From the IMG/VR virus record IMGVR_UViG_3300022753_001683: a DNA stretch of 64,000 nucleotides. The stretch is one strand, 5' to 3'. This document shows positions 38,947 to 52,400 of the stretch, piece by piece. The position numbers were made by a program, and so were the translations under genes. The first letter of the stretch is position 1. The number at the start of each line of letters is the position of its first letter. The stretch comes from an uncultured virus (IMG/VR IMGVR_UViG_3300022753_001683) (lineage: Duplodnaviria; Heunggongvirae; Uroviricota; Caudoviricetes). The notes under the pieces were generated by a model. It did not search any database and was not told the origin of the DNA. It was given only the letters and a program-made list of their open reading frames with translations.

Positions 38947-41900
38947 TTAACGAACTTTAATCCAGATTCGTCCATTTACTTCAACATTACCAGTGCCCCA
39001 AGTCTCATAATTAGGGATTTCAGAAACAGTGCCAACAATACGATCAGGATACATCATAATTTCTTCTCTTGTCATTAAACTAACAGTGCCATTCGGACCA
39101 GTACATACTGCTGCACCAAGAGGATAAGAATTTCTATCTTCATAAGTATATGCTAAAGCACGTCCAGCAACCGCCAAAGGAGTTTTACATTCGTTTGTTT
39201 CACCCATAGCAGAACCAAAAGTATCAGATACAATACTTGCCCCAGCCTACAGTCTCTCTGTTGAAATTTTCATTTCTCCAGAAATATCTTCTATTACCAC
39301 TCGGCCTGGCTCAACTGTTTCTGCTTTTCTAAATTCAGCATAGTCATTCCAAACAGCATTATATACTTTAGTACCATAAATAGCTCCAGCAACACCAAGA
39401 CCACCAGATACTTTTAATGCACCAGAAGTAGTATTTGTTGCTGCGGTAGTATTTGTAATAGATACTACACCAGTAAATGTTTTAGTACCAGCAAAAGATT
39501 GTGTGCCGGTAGTTACAACGCCAGCTTGATTTGTTGCAGCATTAGGAACATATAATGTAGCAACGCCAGTGCCAGTAGCAATACTTAATCCACCAGTATA
39601 AGTCGGAGTATGATAATAGTTAGTGTTAGTATTTGGATTTGCTGGCATAGTTACCTTTAAGTCTACTCCAGCGACAGTACCAATAGTACTTGTTTGTCCC
39701 CATGCTAAAGTAGGGCCGCTATTAGTTACCGCTTTCCAAGAAGGAGCGGCAGAAGAGCCACCACTTGTTAAAATCTAACCCGCAGTTCCTGTACCCAAAG
39801 AAGCAAGAGCAGAAGAACTTGATGCATATACTAATCCATATGCTGTCCAAGATGTTTTTCCAGTACCGCCGTGACCGACCCCTAAAGTGCCAGTAATACC
39901 AGGACGTGGGCTCGCCGCAAATACGTTAGCCGCGGTAGTAGAGCCAAGATTAACCAACATGGATGGATTTGAAGTAATTCCAGTACCACCATAAGCTACA
40001 GCAAGAGCATTGGTTAATTGTAAAGTAGGAATGGAGGTTGTACCATAAAATGTTACATCTTTATTATCCATTCCAATTCGCATTGCATTATTAAAAGTTG
40101 CTTCTGTGCTGGTGTTAGTTCCAGAACCAGAGGTTTGAAGCACAAAATAATTTGCATTAGATGATCCAGTTCCTAAAACACCCGCACGCCATTCTGCCCC
40201 ATAATTGGTAGTTTGATGTTCCCAAATAATAAACTTATCAGTATCACCAGTTAAAATACGAATATCGTCATTAAAGGTTTTTGCACCAGCAAATGTTTGC
40301 GCGCCAGTGGTGACAACGCCTCCTTGCGTAGCATTTGCTGCATCAAGCGTAACAGTTCTATTTTTTCCTGCGACAGTAATAGATAAAGTTTCACCATTAG
40401 CTCCTGCAGTAGAACTAAAGTTGCTAAATAGTGAGCTCGCATCACAAGATGTTATTATACCACCGTTTAAATAAACTGGTACACTTGCACTACCAGCTGT
40501 TCCAGTTAATGCTTTAATTTCACCACTAGACATATAGACAGGCTGAGTAGTTGAACCAAGAGTGGAGGATGATGCTGTTAATGTACCAGCATTTAAGAAG
40601 ATTGGTTTTGCGCTTGCACCAACACTGGCGCCAGAAGCCTTAATTATACCATCTTCCATATAAATTGGTTTAGTCGCGCTACCAATATCTGAGGTAGACG
40701 CTGTGATTGTACCACTATTTAAAAATACTGGATTATTAGATGCACCAACAGTAGAGGACGATGCTGTTAATGTACCAGCATTTAGATACATAGGAACAAT
40801 ACCAGATCCAACCGTAGAAGTGGATGCTGTTGCTGCACCATCTGCTGCGATATATACAGGCTTTACTCCAGAACCAATTGCAGTATCATTGGTATGAACT
40901 ACAAACTGATATCCCGTAGTAGATGCTGCGACATTAGGTAAATTAAATACGTTACTATTCGCCGTACCAGAATCAATGCGAACGTCATAATCAGCAGTAG
41001 AAGCATTGGTCTTATGAAAGTCTAAATAACGACCAATTTCACTTACACCAGATCCATTAACAGTAACAAAACCATTGTTAAACCATGCGCCAGATTTTGG
41101 TAAAGTAATAGTAATAGTTTCATCCGCGCCCTTATTGGTATGACCATAAGTATCAACAGTAATCTGCGGAATGGCAAAAGAGGTTGCGGCTCCAGTTAAT
41201 GTTGTAACAGTATTGCCGCTAGTATAACCACTACTTGGTCCCTTCTTAGCATGCTTTGCGTCATAGGTGACTCCGTTAGTTCCAGCAGTACCAGTTAAAA
41301 CAACAATATCATCATCTGTTGCTGTTGCACTAATATTAATCTATACATTCTTTTTAGTGACAGTAATTTTACCATTGGTATCTTGGCTAATAGTATCAAT
41401 AAAAGCGGATGCATTACCTGATGTACCTGGGCTAGACACAGCAGTTTGAAGAACCTTGTAGCTACCTTCATCACCAAGCAATTCCCAGCGACTATTGTAA
41501 CTATTCCAAACATATTCTTTTGTGCCATAAATAACCACATCGCCAGCTAAACGATCATCGGGCCAAGTATATCCAGAAATTTTAGGATCAGTATTACTTT
41601 GATTTGTGATAGCTACGGTAGCAACACCGATATAATGCATTGCATTTGTTAAACCAAGATTAATACGTAGCTGCTCGGCAGTAATTGAACCTCCAAGAGA
41701 AACACTTGTGCCTGCAATATTAACTGAAGAATTAACTAATTTATTATTAGCAATTGATCCCGCTAACATAGCATTGGTAACTTTACCAGTGCCAATAGTA
41801 GTAGTGATGTTCCAATCGGCACTTCCATTAGAAGAGCCTGTGCCACCTACGTCTCCACTTAAAGTAACTGCTCGTGATGCATTAAGTTTAGAAGCAGAAG

Positions 41901-43281
41901 TGGCATTACCACTGAATGTAGTTGCATATACAGTTCCTTGCGCATAAATATTCTTCCATCTAGCAGTATCTGTACCAAGACTATATGTATTATGTGCAGA
42001 AGGATTAATATGTTGAGCAGTGGTAGTTCCACCAATTGTAGCACCACTCGCACCAATTTCTGCCTTTTTAGCAACAATAGTTTCACCAAATGTTGCACCA
42101 CCAGTAACGGTTAATGCTTGTGTAGCATGATTACTACCAATAACTGCTGTTCCAGTACTTGTTAACTTTGCAGAAGCAGTAATATATGGAGCAGAAATAG
42201 TGCCTTCAGAACTAATATTTCCAACCGCTGCAATAGTAGAAGATGCACTTATAGCACCAGTAAAAGAAGATGTTTCAGTTACAGCAAGAGTGCTTTGTAA
42301 TGTGGTTGCGCCAGTTGCTTTTAAAGTTCCATTAGCAACAATATTTTTTAAATTTGCAACGCCAGCTCCACTAACATAATATGTTGTACCACCAAAATAT
42401 AAAGAAGTGCCTGACGCTACAGTTGTTTTATTATTTAAAGCTACTGTATTAGTAAAAGTAGTAGCTCCATTGAAAGCCGCAGTTCCAGAGGCGGTCAAAT
42501 TAGAAGCAATAGCTACAGGAACCGCTGCGATGTTTAATGTATTTGTTGTGTCAGAAAGAGTTTGATAAATAATAAATTGAGAGGCTTTATTATCAAAGAT
42601 ACCTCTTGTTACAGAAGTTGCTTTCATTTGCCATCCATGAGAACTGTTTTTCACATTAACATAAGCATCTCCACTAGAAGTGTTGATTGTTAATGGACCA
42701 GTCATCGTATCGCCATCAATATTCACATATAAATCATCTAAAGCAGCTTCACAGTTTGTTAAAAAATTATTAACTGTTAAAATCGGACTATTATTGTGAT
42801 ATAAATTGCTAGCATCACTTGTATATAAATACAACCCTCCAACTTGAGGATTTGTAGATTCTGCCAAACTTAAAATTGCCTTACCAGCGCTATCTTTAAT
42901 AGCTTGCCCACTACTAAGAGTGACACCAGAAGACAGAACAGGGGAGGACTTAAAAGTCTTCACTCCATAAATTTCTTGAGCAACTAAGCTCAAAACACCA
43001 GAATGGTCTGATGAAGCATATGGCAATTCTCTAATTGCCTCTTGACCACCAACTTCTAATTTAATACAGCTGGCTTTTTCATCGTCGCCATCTGCTTTCA
43101 CAAAAGTGATTACAGGCGCACCTGTTAATAAATCTGCGTACTAAGCATTTAACGGCACTCTCTCTGTGGCAGTATCAATATAAAACTTACCATTATCAGG
43201 AGTAAAATAAGCATAACCTTCAGTTATTTTTTGATTACCTAAGCTTGCCGCAGGACCTTTAAAAATCTTAAAAAGAGCCAA
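38947..43281 (-). CDS. Long tail fibre/spike protein (1444 aa) with C-terminal intramolecular-chaperone-like domain; 4 in-frame TAG
   Basis: TTG 43281 with SD GGAGG; four track ORFs fuse in one frame via TAG 43141, 41341, 39775, 39247; Gly/Thr/Ser/Ala-rich; GRYLDFH...DYDVRI, GTAG(TAG)ILTSGG, VWNDYAE...PLAVAGR. Confidence 0.85.
40450..40885 (-). repeat. About 7 tandem ~21-aa repeats within the tail fibre (GSxxxPVYLNxGxxTASSSTV-like)
   Basis: GSGVKPVYIAADG, GSGIVPMYLNAG, GASNNPVFLNSG, GSATKPIYMEDG, GASAKPIFLNAG, GSTTQPVYMSSG, GSASVPVYLNGG. Confidence 0.8.
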
Positions 43282-43312
43282 TCTTCAGCCCTCCCCTGCT
43301 TATTTATTATTC

Positions 43313-43906
43313 TTATGAAATATATAATTCATGCCAACGTACCGCTTTATCTTCTAAGATAGCAATACGGGCAAGTAATTCCTCAACGCCATCCACGCTT
43401 AAGTCCTCTTGTTCAGCACCCATTTCATTAGTTGGGAAACCTTTAAGAATATTTGCAGCACAGGCTTGAGTACTTAAATTATATACATAAATATCTTCTG
43501 CGGGATCAATAGTATAGAAACGAACAACGAATTTAATTGGACCCGCACTTTTGGTTGCCCCTTTTCCAAGTTTCCAACCAAAATAAATTTTATTAGGATC
43601 GGTAGTAGTGTCCATATCTAAGACAGGACAAATTCTTCCTTCCTTGCTTGCGTTTAAATATTCAATAACACAAGTCATTGTAGATAAGTCTACTGAATCA
43701 AAATACCGATCAGCACAAAAATATACTGTATCCGCTTGGTGGTCATTTTCCACACCGAGGAAAGACTGGTACTCAGTAGGCAAAGTTAGCTTACGAGAGT
43801 TCCAGTCAATCTCGATAATGGGCTGAGCTAATTCAACATGATCAGCAAGCATAATGGTGGTATTTTGAATAGACTTTAACACCTTATCATAATTAGAAAA
43901 AGCCAT
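43313..43906 (-). CDS. Baseplate upper protein (BppU-like) domain protein
   Basis: GVENDHQADTVYF..DRYFDSVDL...W......T...G.IKFVVRF; paralogous to the N-terminal half of the next gene. Confidence 0.55.
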   Translation of the reverse strand: MAFSNYDKVLKSIQNTTIMLADHVELAQPIIEIDWNSRKLTLPTEYQSFLGVENDHQADTVYFCADRYFDSVDLSTMTCVIEYLNASKEGRICPVLDMDTTTDPNKIYFGWKLGKGATKSAGPIKFVVRFYTIDPAEDIYVYNLSTQACAANILKGFPTNEMGAEQEDLSVDGVEELLARIAILEDKAVRWHELYIS

Positions 43907-43925
43907 TCAAAACTCCTCCATTTAA

Positions 43926-45695
43926 TTATTCTTCGTATTCAACAGTAACTTTTCCGTTACGATCTTTCTTTAAAGTAACCTTCTTAGATTCGGTAAGTTC
44001 ACCGCTAACAACCATATTAGTACCATCAAATACCTTATGATAAATCTTACATCTGTAGCTATAAGAGTTATAGGTTGCATTTGCTGGCTGTTCCAAAACA
44101 GGAGTAATGGTGAGAGTGGTGTCAGATAGATTGCTGACACCAGTGGCTTTTTCTGTAACCTTGTCACAAGTCCAGCTAATTACCCATTCTTCTGGATGGA
44201 TTGCAGATTTACTATCTAATGGGAAAATAGGCTCTGCAGTAATCTTAGAATCATTATAAGTCAACTTAACTTCAGTTGGCTTATCTGGCCAAGCGCGCAA
44301 AACGCAAGGGGTGCCAACTGCCAATGGCTCAGACTTTGTATTGTTGCGATAATTAATTGCATGGCAAGAAACAATACCTTCTGTATCCTTTGGAGGAATA
44401 TAAGTATTTCCGTCTACGCCATCAGTTACTTCTACATCGTCAAGAGTCCAAGTATACTTCACATCTGCAGGCTTATTGTAGCCAGTGACATCAAAGATTA
44501 ACTTATTGGTATAAGTAGTTTGTCCTTCTTCTGCGGATGGAGTCTCACCCAAGGAATACATTTTAATTGGGAACTTACTAATATCACCATGCTTCAATTC
44601 TGCGGCAGCAGGAATTGTTGCGGTCTTAGTGTTAATCCAACGAGTACCGGAAGCTGCAGTCTTATTACCAATTTGTGCGAAATAAGTACCAGCAGTGGTA
44701 ACTACATATTCCTCATCTTCTTCTACAACATTCTCAAGAACGTCATAAAGTTGTTCTTTACCACGATACCAGCGATATACAACTTCACCGCCCTGATCCT
44801 TGTTTGGAGATTCGCCTTTAACAGCTAAACGAAGAATACCATCTGGGTACAATAGATTACCATCTTCATCCTTTAATTCGGCATAATCTTCATAACCCTC
44901 AACATCAGTACTAAGTTCATATTCAACGGTATTATCCAAATCAAGAACAATAGTAGGTGCAGCACCATCAAGAGAGTTAATTACACCAGAGTATACTGGA
45001 CGAGTACGAATCAAGTTCTCCAAGTCAGTATCTAATTCGGCACCAACCACATCAAGATCAAGAGTACCCTTAATTGCGCAAGAGCTCTTCTGAGTAGCAA
45101 CACTATAAGTGATTGTTGCAGGATCGGTACCATAGTCAAGAGCGTAGAAACGAAGAGCAAATTCGATAGAGCCGCTCTGCTCAGTCATCTCATTAGTAAT
45201 AACCCAACCAAGAAGAACAAAGTCATGAGACTCGGTCTCACCAGTCTCAGCGTTAATTACAACTTCCTCTGAATAAACGTCAGTTAAAATAACAGGAGAG
45301 TTGCCCTGCTTTACCTTCTTGTTATTTGCATTGTACCACTGTACCACGCATAGAGTTTCATTTAAGTCCATTGCATCAAACCAACGAGGGACTTTAAAGA
45401 AAATAATTTCAGCATTGGTATCGCCCTTAACACCAACACCAACATTTTTGAATTCGTTGGGTACGGTAATTGTACGGGCATCCATGTCAACTTCAAAAGG
45501 TGGCTCCTCTAATGGGAGACGATAAAACTTATTACTTAAGTTCTTACCATGCTCTCTTGCAACCTGTAAGGCGTTAAAATAAGTAGCTAATTCACCCTCT
45601 TGAAGAGAAACACCATATTGAGCTACATCAATCTGTAAATCATCAAAGAGTTTCTTATATTCTTCCTTGAATTTCTTAGTAATTACTACTTTCAT
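43926..45695 (-). CDS. Baseplate/tail-associated protein: BppU-like N-domain plus Ig-like modules (589 aa)
   Basis: GVKGDTNAEIIFFKVPRWFDAMDL...GSIEFALRF; Ig-like YRWYR/YTWT modules. Confidence 0.55.
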   Translation of the reverse strand: MKVVITKKFKEEYKKLFDDLQIDVAQYGVSLQEGELATYFNALQVAREHGKNLSNKFYRLPLEEPPFEVDMDARTITVPNEFKNVGVGVKGDTNAEIIFFKVPRWFDAMDLNETLCVVQWYNANNKKVKQGNSPVILTDVYSEEVVINAETGETESHDFVLLGWVITNEMTEQSGSIEFALRFYALDYGTDPATITYSVATQKSSCAIKGTLDLDVVGAELDTDLENLIRTRPVYSGVINSLDGAAPTIVLDLDNTVEYELSTDVEGYEDYAELKDEDGNLLYPDGILRLAVKGESPNKDQGGEVVYRWYRGKEQLYDVLENVVEEDEEYVVTTAGTYFAQIGNKTAASGTRWINTKTATIPAAAELKHGDISKFPIKMYSLGETPSAEEGQTTYTNKLIFDVTGYNKPADVKYTWTLDDVEVTDGVDGNTYIPPKDTEGIVSCHAINYRNNTKSEPLAVGTPCVLRAWPDKPTEVKLTYNDSKITAEPIFPLDSKSAIHPEEWVISWTCDKVTEKATGVSNLSDTTLTITPVLEQPANATYNSYSYRCKIYHKVFDGTNMVVSGELTESKKVTLKKDRNGKVTVEYEE

Positions 45696-45700
45696 TAAGA

Positions 45701-46168
45701 TTATTCCCCTTTCTCAATTTTAACCAATTGTTGGAATAATTCAACAATTTCAGTGTAATAGCTTTGAACTTGAGCACCAAGAGCCTGAGTTAAATAAATC
45801 TAACGAGTAATTTCAAAATTAGTCGCTTTTAAATCAATAGTAAACTCAGAAGACAACCGATAATCTGATGTCCCTGGAGCCAAAGTCATAAGCTGAAGAG
45901 TCGTTTTTCCAGAAATTAAACGGACCGGTTGCCGCAAAGACACTCTGTAAATGTTGTAAGCTGTATCTGCGGCTGGCTGCTTAAATTCCAACTCAACTAC
46001 ATCCCGCATCCCCTTATCATCTGTCATAATTAAAAAGACTTGATCAAGAATTCTCGGATTCTTATTTTTAGATACATGAAATTCAATATCAACCAAATCA
46101 GTTCCTGAAGCAAAACCTCTTGCAGGATTTAATTTGTCAAGTCTATCAAAATACATAATTGCGGCCAT
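45701..46168 (-). CDS. Hypothetical protein (155 aa); 1 in-frame TAG
   Basis: SD AGGAGG, ATG 46168; readthrough of TAG 45800 reaches TAA 45701, just before the next gene. Confidence 0.7.
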
Positions 46169-46243
46169 AGTTGTTATCCTCCTAAAATAATGGGAGAACT
46201 TTATTTGAAAGTTCTCCCACATTCTAGATTATATTAAAAATTA

Positions 46244-46465
46244 TCAAGACTTTTTACTAGAATCTGTCCATCCAATTTCAGTCCACTGATCCAACTCATC
46301 CTCTGGAATAGTGACAACTTTTTTTGTAAGTACTCCATTGGTGAGAGTTTTACCTGAATCAGCAATTAATCTCAATAAACGGACATGGTAAACGTCTTCA
46401 AGGTGAATGGGGGTGTCGAGCACCCCATTCGTACCTAAATAACGATATAAAACTGTTTTTTTCAT
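46244..46465 (-). CDS. Small hypothetical protein (73 aa) downstream of the giant protein
   Basis: SD AAGGAG; LIADSGKTLTNG motif. Confidence 0.7.
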   Translation of the reverse strand: MKKTVLYRYLGTNGVLDTPIHLEDVYHVRLLRLIADSGKTLTNGVLTKKVVTIPEDELDQWTEIGWTDSSKKS

Positions 46466-46483
46466 ATCCCTATTCTCCTTTTA

Positions 46484-49400
46484 TTAAGCTTGCATAATTT
46501 GGACAAGATTTGGATTAGCTGTAATATGAAGATCATAGTTAGTAATCCAATCATCTACATAGGAAAGAATTTCATCATATGAAGTACTGTTATTATCGTA
46601 AGTAACAACAAAACTACTTAAAGATAAATATTCTTGAGAGCTTGCACCAAACATGGCATTTGTTGACAACCAAGTTAAAGCGTTTGCATTAATTGGTCTT
46701 TGAGCGGTGCCAAAATTAATAATAGACCAACCACAGTTTTGGAATGTCTTATTACCATAAGCAGCACCAAAATCTTCAATACCATCATTGTTAGTGTCTC
46801 CAAGACTGTACTCATTATAAGGAACAGTAAGAACAACACAATCCTTATTTCGGCATGCATTTGCAAATGCACTATTGCCAAAATAGCTAACATTGTTAGT
46901 ATTGTCAACCACTAAATTAGTACAATTTCTGAAGCAGAAAGTTCCAATAGTAGTTAGTGAGTCAGGGAAATCAACATGAACTAAGCTGGTTGCTTTATCA
47001 AATGCAAAATCATTAAATTTATAAATCTTACTTAAATTCTCTGCATTTTCTTGACAACCTAAGAAGAACACAGCGTACAGATCAGTATTTTGACACATAC
47101 CATTAGATACAGAGCCTGTTGCAGAAGTACCTGCAGCAATTTCTAAGATCGGCCATTCGACACCTTGTTCATCAAATACGGTAATTGGGAAACAAACTTT
47201 TCCACCAATGCCATAAGTAGGATCAAGACCAACAATAGCATAATTGCCAAGAACGGCGTCTGTTTTATAAGTAATATTTAAATACTGCTGATCAATTATA
47301 TTGTCATAAACACTACTTTCCATGTAAACCGCATAGAAGTTCATGTCGCTACCTGCTAAAATACGATTTAAATCGGTGGTGTCAGTAGAAGAAGTAAGAG
47401 AAGTATGCCAACCAATAAATTTATAACAAGAAGTCAAAGCCAAAGAGGTGCTATCTCTTTGAGGAATTCTAGTAGGAGTAATAATTGGCTTACCAGCAGG
47501 AGTTTCAATTTCTTCAAACAAAGAGCCATCATAATTATAAAAGCTCATAGTATAACCATGCACTTTATATACTGCAACAACAGTTACGCGTCCACCATCA
47601 ATAGCAGATAAGACGTGAGTATTTAATTCATTAGTTGCATAAAGTGTAACTTTATCATTATCGGTAATTACGGAATGTGCCGCTCTAAAATCAAATGTGC
47701 CATCTTCAATTGCCCAACCAACAAAGTCATAATGCAATCTAGAAGGTTCTTCTCCTTCGTAAACTACTGGGGACTCAGCATATCCATAAGGATACTTTAA
47801 CCATCCAAGTGTCTTTTGAACACCTTCTGCATTATATTCAACAAAATGAACAGAATAAGCAGGATTTACTTTGTCACCAGTAATTTCAAGATCTGGATAA
47901 AGTGCATTATAACGTTTCCACAAAGTATATTCGTCTAATGCATCTCCCTCTTCCTGATTGTTCACGTGCATACGACCAGTTAAGCCTGGAAGAATTTTAG
48001 TATTTGGTAAAAGTTCATTATAAGTTAAGAAAGAGCGGTAACGATAAGTATCAGTTTCCACAGTTGCGGTTTTATCCTCATACATATCTAAGAAAGCTGT
48101 TACAATATCAAGATTTTTAATGACGTTTGTATCAAAAGCATCATCAAAAGTATAAATTACACCATCATTAAGTTTATTGATCCAGCCTTCCTCATAATAA
48201 CCAGTAGCTCCGTTAGGATCATGGTATACTTCGTAAGTGGTTTGATTTTTTAATTCATAATACTTTGTTGCACGATCGAAAGATGTACCAATTTCAACTA
48301 ATTTATATGGAGACCATTCCACATCGGTAAAGTCACACTTTAAAATAGGTGTGGTATTTCCATCAGTAATAATGCCATTGTGTTTAGCTTCTTTTACTTT
48401 ATATAAGTAATCTAACAAACGATAAGAATCAATACCCATTTTACTTCTGTCTAATACAAATGTCTCAATATTACAAGTTGTATTAGCATTAGGAGTAGTG
48501 GTATATTTATCTGTTAAATTCTTAATATATAAACCAGTTGGAGTATTATCAATGGTTGGAGCTGTTTCTACAATACCCCTTAATTCAAGAGGTTGTTTCA
48601 AAACAAAGGAGGTAATTGTTTCTGGCAAGTACAAGGTCTTTAACAAGTTACCTTCAGTAAACTCGACAGAACTTAATTGTGTACCTGTTGCCATAAAAGT
48701 ATTAATTTTTTCAGCACCAGTTAATTGAAGAGAACCAGCCAACTTAGTTAAATTAGATAGGTCCATATATGTCAAAAGTCCTTTTGGACTTGTAGCAGTG
48801 ATAGCCAAAGCATCAATAAATTTATCTGTGATACCATCATTGCGATAGCCATCTATCAAAGAACCAAGTGTGAAAGTACGCAAACGAATTGCTTGAGAAT
48901 AGTCAATTTCATTAAGGTACTTGTCACTTAAGTTGCCAAGATCCGCGATATATTCTGGACCGCGAATATAAGCCAACTGTTGAGACAATGGAACGCCATC
49001 GTCTAAGCGGTTTTTAATAGAAGATGGTGGGTCAATAAGAACAGGATCGTCTTGACCGGCAACATAAGGCTTAGGCGTGGTAGCAGTTTCATCATATACT
49101 ACAGATAGATACTGAGATAAGTATCCATGTAGATTGAATGATGCACTTGCCTGCAAACCTTCTACTAAGTTACCTTCTTCATCTTTAGTATCATCAGAAG
49201 TACGAGCAAGGTCGTTTGCATTATAACGCAATTTAATTTGCTTCTTAATAAATTCAGGATTATAAGAACCACCTAACCACTGAGAGTCAAGATAATTCAA
49301 ACGATTGCGGAAGAATGCTTGACGATTTAAAGTTCTATCACCTTGCAAGCAGTAGAAATAACCTTCAGTTTGAGAAATAGTTCCTTCTTGATCGGTATAT

Positions 49401-52400
49401 CCTGTAGTTGCAGGAGAGATATATTTATAATCAGCGTCAATGTTCTTCATAATTTCGCTCCACTTGTCAGAACCATTGGTATTATAATGTTCATTAAGTG
49501 TATCGAGTTCAATCGCACCTTCATTGCGTAAGCCGCGATAAATTGCTAAAATTTTGTCCATCATTAATCCAGCGAAGTTGATCCATAAAACTGAACCAGC
49601 ACCAGAGAAGATGGAAGCATCTTTAAATGCATGACCTGTGTCGTCATAAATATCAGGATCTTCAGATACTAATGTTGCATCAGTGTTGTAGTCCCAAGAA
49701 ACATGTCCGGAATTGTTTACACCTAACTGAGTATCAATATCGTAGAAAATTGGGAACCAAATAAAATCACCGTTAGCATTAGACTTAGCAGTTGGACCCC
49801 ATGTTGCAATCATCATATTCTTTTGACGAGAGTCATAGCACAAAAGCAATTCAGTCATAATGAAATAGATTGCACAATAATCAAGATCAAAGTGCTCAGT
49901 AAATTCATTTCTGAACTTAGCTTTTCTATAGCGGATAGAGTCAGTATCAAATTTCTCATAAAGATCTGCGCTAAAACCTTCCCAGACCAAATTTACTTCA
50001 ATAGTAAATTCATCACGAGCATAGTTTTCACTAATCTCTAATCCACAATTTGCAACTGCCTCTTGGTCACTACCTTCAGGCATTTCGTAATAGAATAATC
50101 CATCTTCATGTTTTACAAAAGTATAAGGTCCAACGTATTTCTCATAATCATGAGTCATACCATTAGCTTTATCTTCTTCAGTCAGAGTGCCATTTACAGC
50201 TACTAAGAAATCAGTAAATGTCTTAAGATTATTAACAATTACGCTATTTGCATTATCTGTTTCATTCAAAGTCTGATAAGCAGCTTGAATGGTAGGAGTA
50301 ATATTTGCTTTTGTATAAGTCTGATCTGCGCCAAGAGTATAATAAGTAACACCATGCTCATATTGAGAAGATAAGGTTAAATAATATTTGGTCGCATCTA
50401 ATGCACTACCAGTGAACTTTGTGGTATCTGTGCTATGTACCCAATCCCACATTACCTTAAAATTCTTGGTATGATCTTTAATATACTGATTTGCTACACC
50501 AATCTCATTATCTTTATAAACATCTCCGATATCCCAGTCTTCATAAGTATAACGAGGCTCGAAATGATTATAAATTTGTAGACGACCAGCATTTTCTTCA
50601 GTGTTAGGAATTAATTCGTAGAAACCATTCACATCATCGCTTTGGAATTTACCAAGACCAGACTGGTTCTGGCAGAATTCCCAACATTCGGCTAACTCGC
50701 CAAAAGTACTCTTACGAGGCGTAGTTTCTTCTCTTAGCTCTTCATCATCGCTTAATTCATCGACCTTCTGCCAAGAGGTATGAATCTTTTCTACGGAATA
50801 TGGATTATATACACGTTTTGTTGGGTCTAAATCCCATCCAAAGTCAAAGCCAAATGTATTGGTAGCACCCTTATCAAGATTAAAATTGTACTTACCAACA
50901 TACTCAATATTACCATCAATGTCTTCCCAGAATACCAAAATTGGGAATCCGAAAACAGTGGTTCTATAATCTTTGGTTTGACCAAAATATTTCTTTAATG
51001 GATGTCTCAAGTCTGCACTCTTGTCACTGCCAGTTTGATTTGCAATAGTCTGGATCAAATTGGCAAATTGCGTATTATGTGTACTTGAACTTTCCATATA
51101 GTCAGCTTTTAAACAGAAAGTCTTCGCGGCGATACCATTACCAATATCAATTTTAGAAATCATTTTACTTTCGTCATTATGATCTTGATACCAGTAATCT
51201 TTCTTGTTTTCGTCGCCATCCCAAGTTTCAAAGCGGAAAGGTTTGTCCCAACTTGTAATACCAGAAACTTTTTCTTGGGTCTTTAACTTATAATTACGAC
51301 GTGGATAACCCTGAGAAGAAGTTCCTTGCACGTCCAATTCAACATTCTGACAATGGAAGCCTTGACTTGGTTTAGCTGGATTCCAGAAACGAATACCAAC
51401 AGCTTTCTTGTTTCCTTTTGCGTAAGGAAGTTTATTGTCAGCCGTAGCACCTACATCAGAATTTTTATAAGTTGTAATAACCATTGTTGGGATAATATCT
51501 GCTTGACGCACTTTAGCATAATCAATTTTATTACTTTCAACAATAGAACCATTGCGATTATAACGATTATGTCTCTCATCAAGAGTTGGAGCATCACCAA
51601 TCCAGTTTTGAGTAATCGCAGAATAATTTAATGCATTTGTGTAAACACGAATATTAAAAATATCAACATCACAATAATCAGAGTTAATAACAATCTTATC
51701 AACGGAAGCGCTAAAGTCATCATTAGAAGTAAATTTCATAATATTGGTCAAAACACCATTAACATATAAATAAATTAATGGAATAGTATTTGAAGTTGGA
51801 GCACCAGTTTCTGTATTATAAATCTGAGTAAATTTACCAGCTGCATCTACTACGATAGAAATTTTTACTCTTTCATCATCGGTATAACGAGCATTAACAA
51901 CTTTAGTTTTAGAAAGACTGAAGAAAGCCTCTTGAGTACCAAGCATAAAACCACGATAGTTGCTAGGATTAAAATATGTTAAAAATGCTCCTTCGCCACT
52001 AGATACAGTTTTTACCTGTTCAGTTTCTGGAGTTCCATCTTCGTCGAACATTGGGTTGCCATTAGCATCAATCTTTTGTACTGCTTTTTCAATAATTAAG
52101 CGAGAGTAATCAACAGCATTACGAACTTTAAAATCAAATTCATAAGTACGAGAAGCCGCTTTGACAGTAGACATCGCTGCTAAAGGAATTTCAACAGAAG
52201 CACCATTGCTAACTCTTAAACAAGTACCTTCAGATTCATCCTCAATCCAACCATTATTAGCCCAGTTAAAATTATTAAATTTAATTTCTCCAAGACCAAT
52301 AGTATCATCTTGAGTTTCTGCTTTGTTTGGCCATTGTTGACGTTTATTTGGGGTTTCTAGATTAGAACGTCCAAGAGCATTCAAATATAAAACTGCACCT

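Noticed and set aside
35534..39400. Diversity-generating retroelement (AAY-rich template/variable repeats near a tail fibre)
   Set aside because: There is no reverse transcriptase in the window, and I saw no ~100-nt repeat pair differing only at adenines
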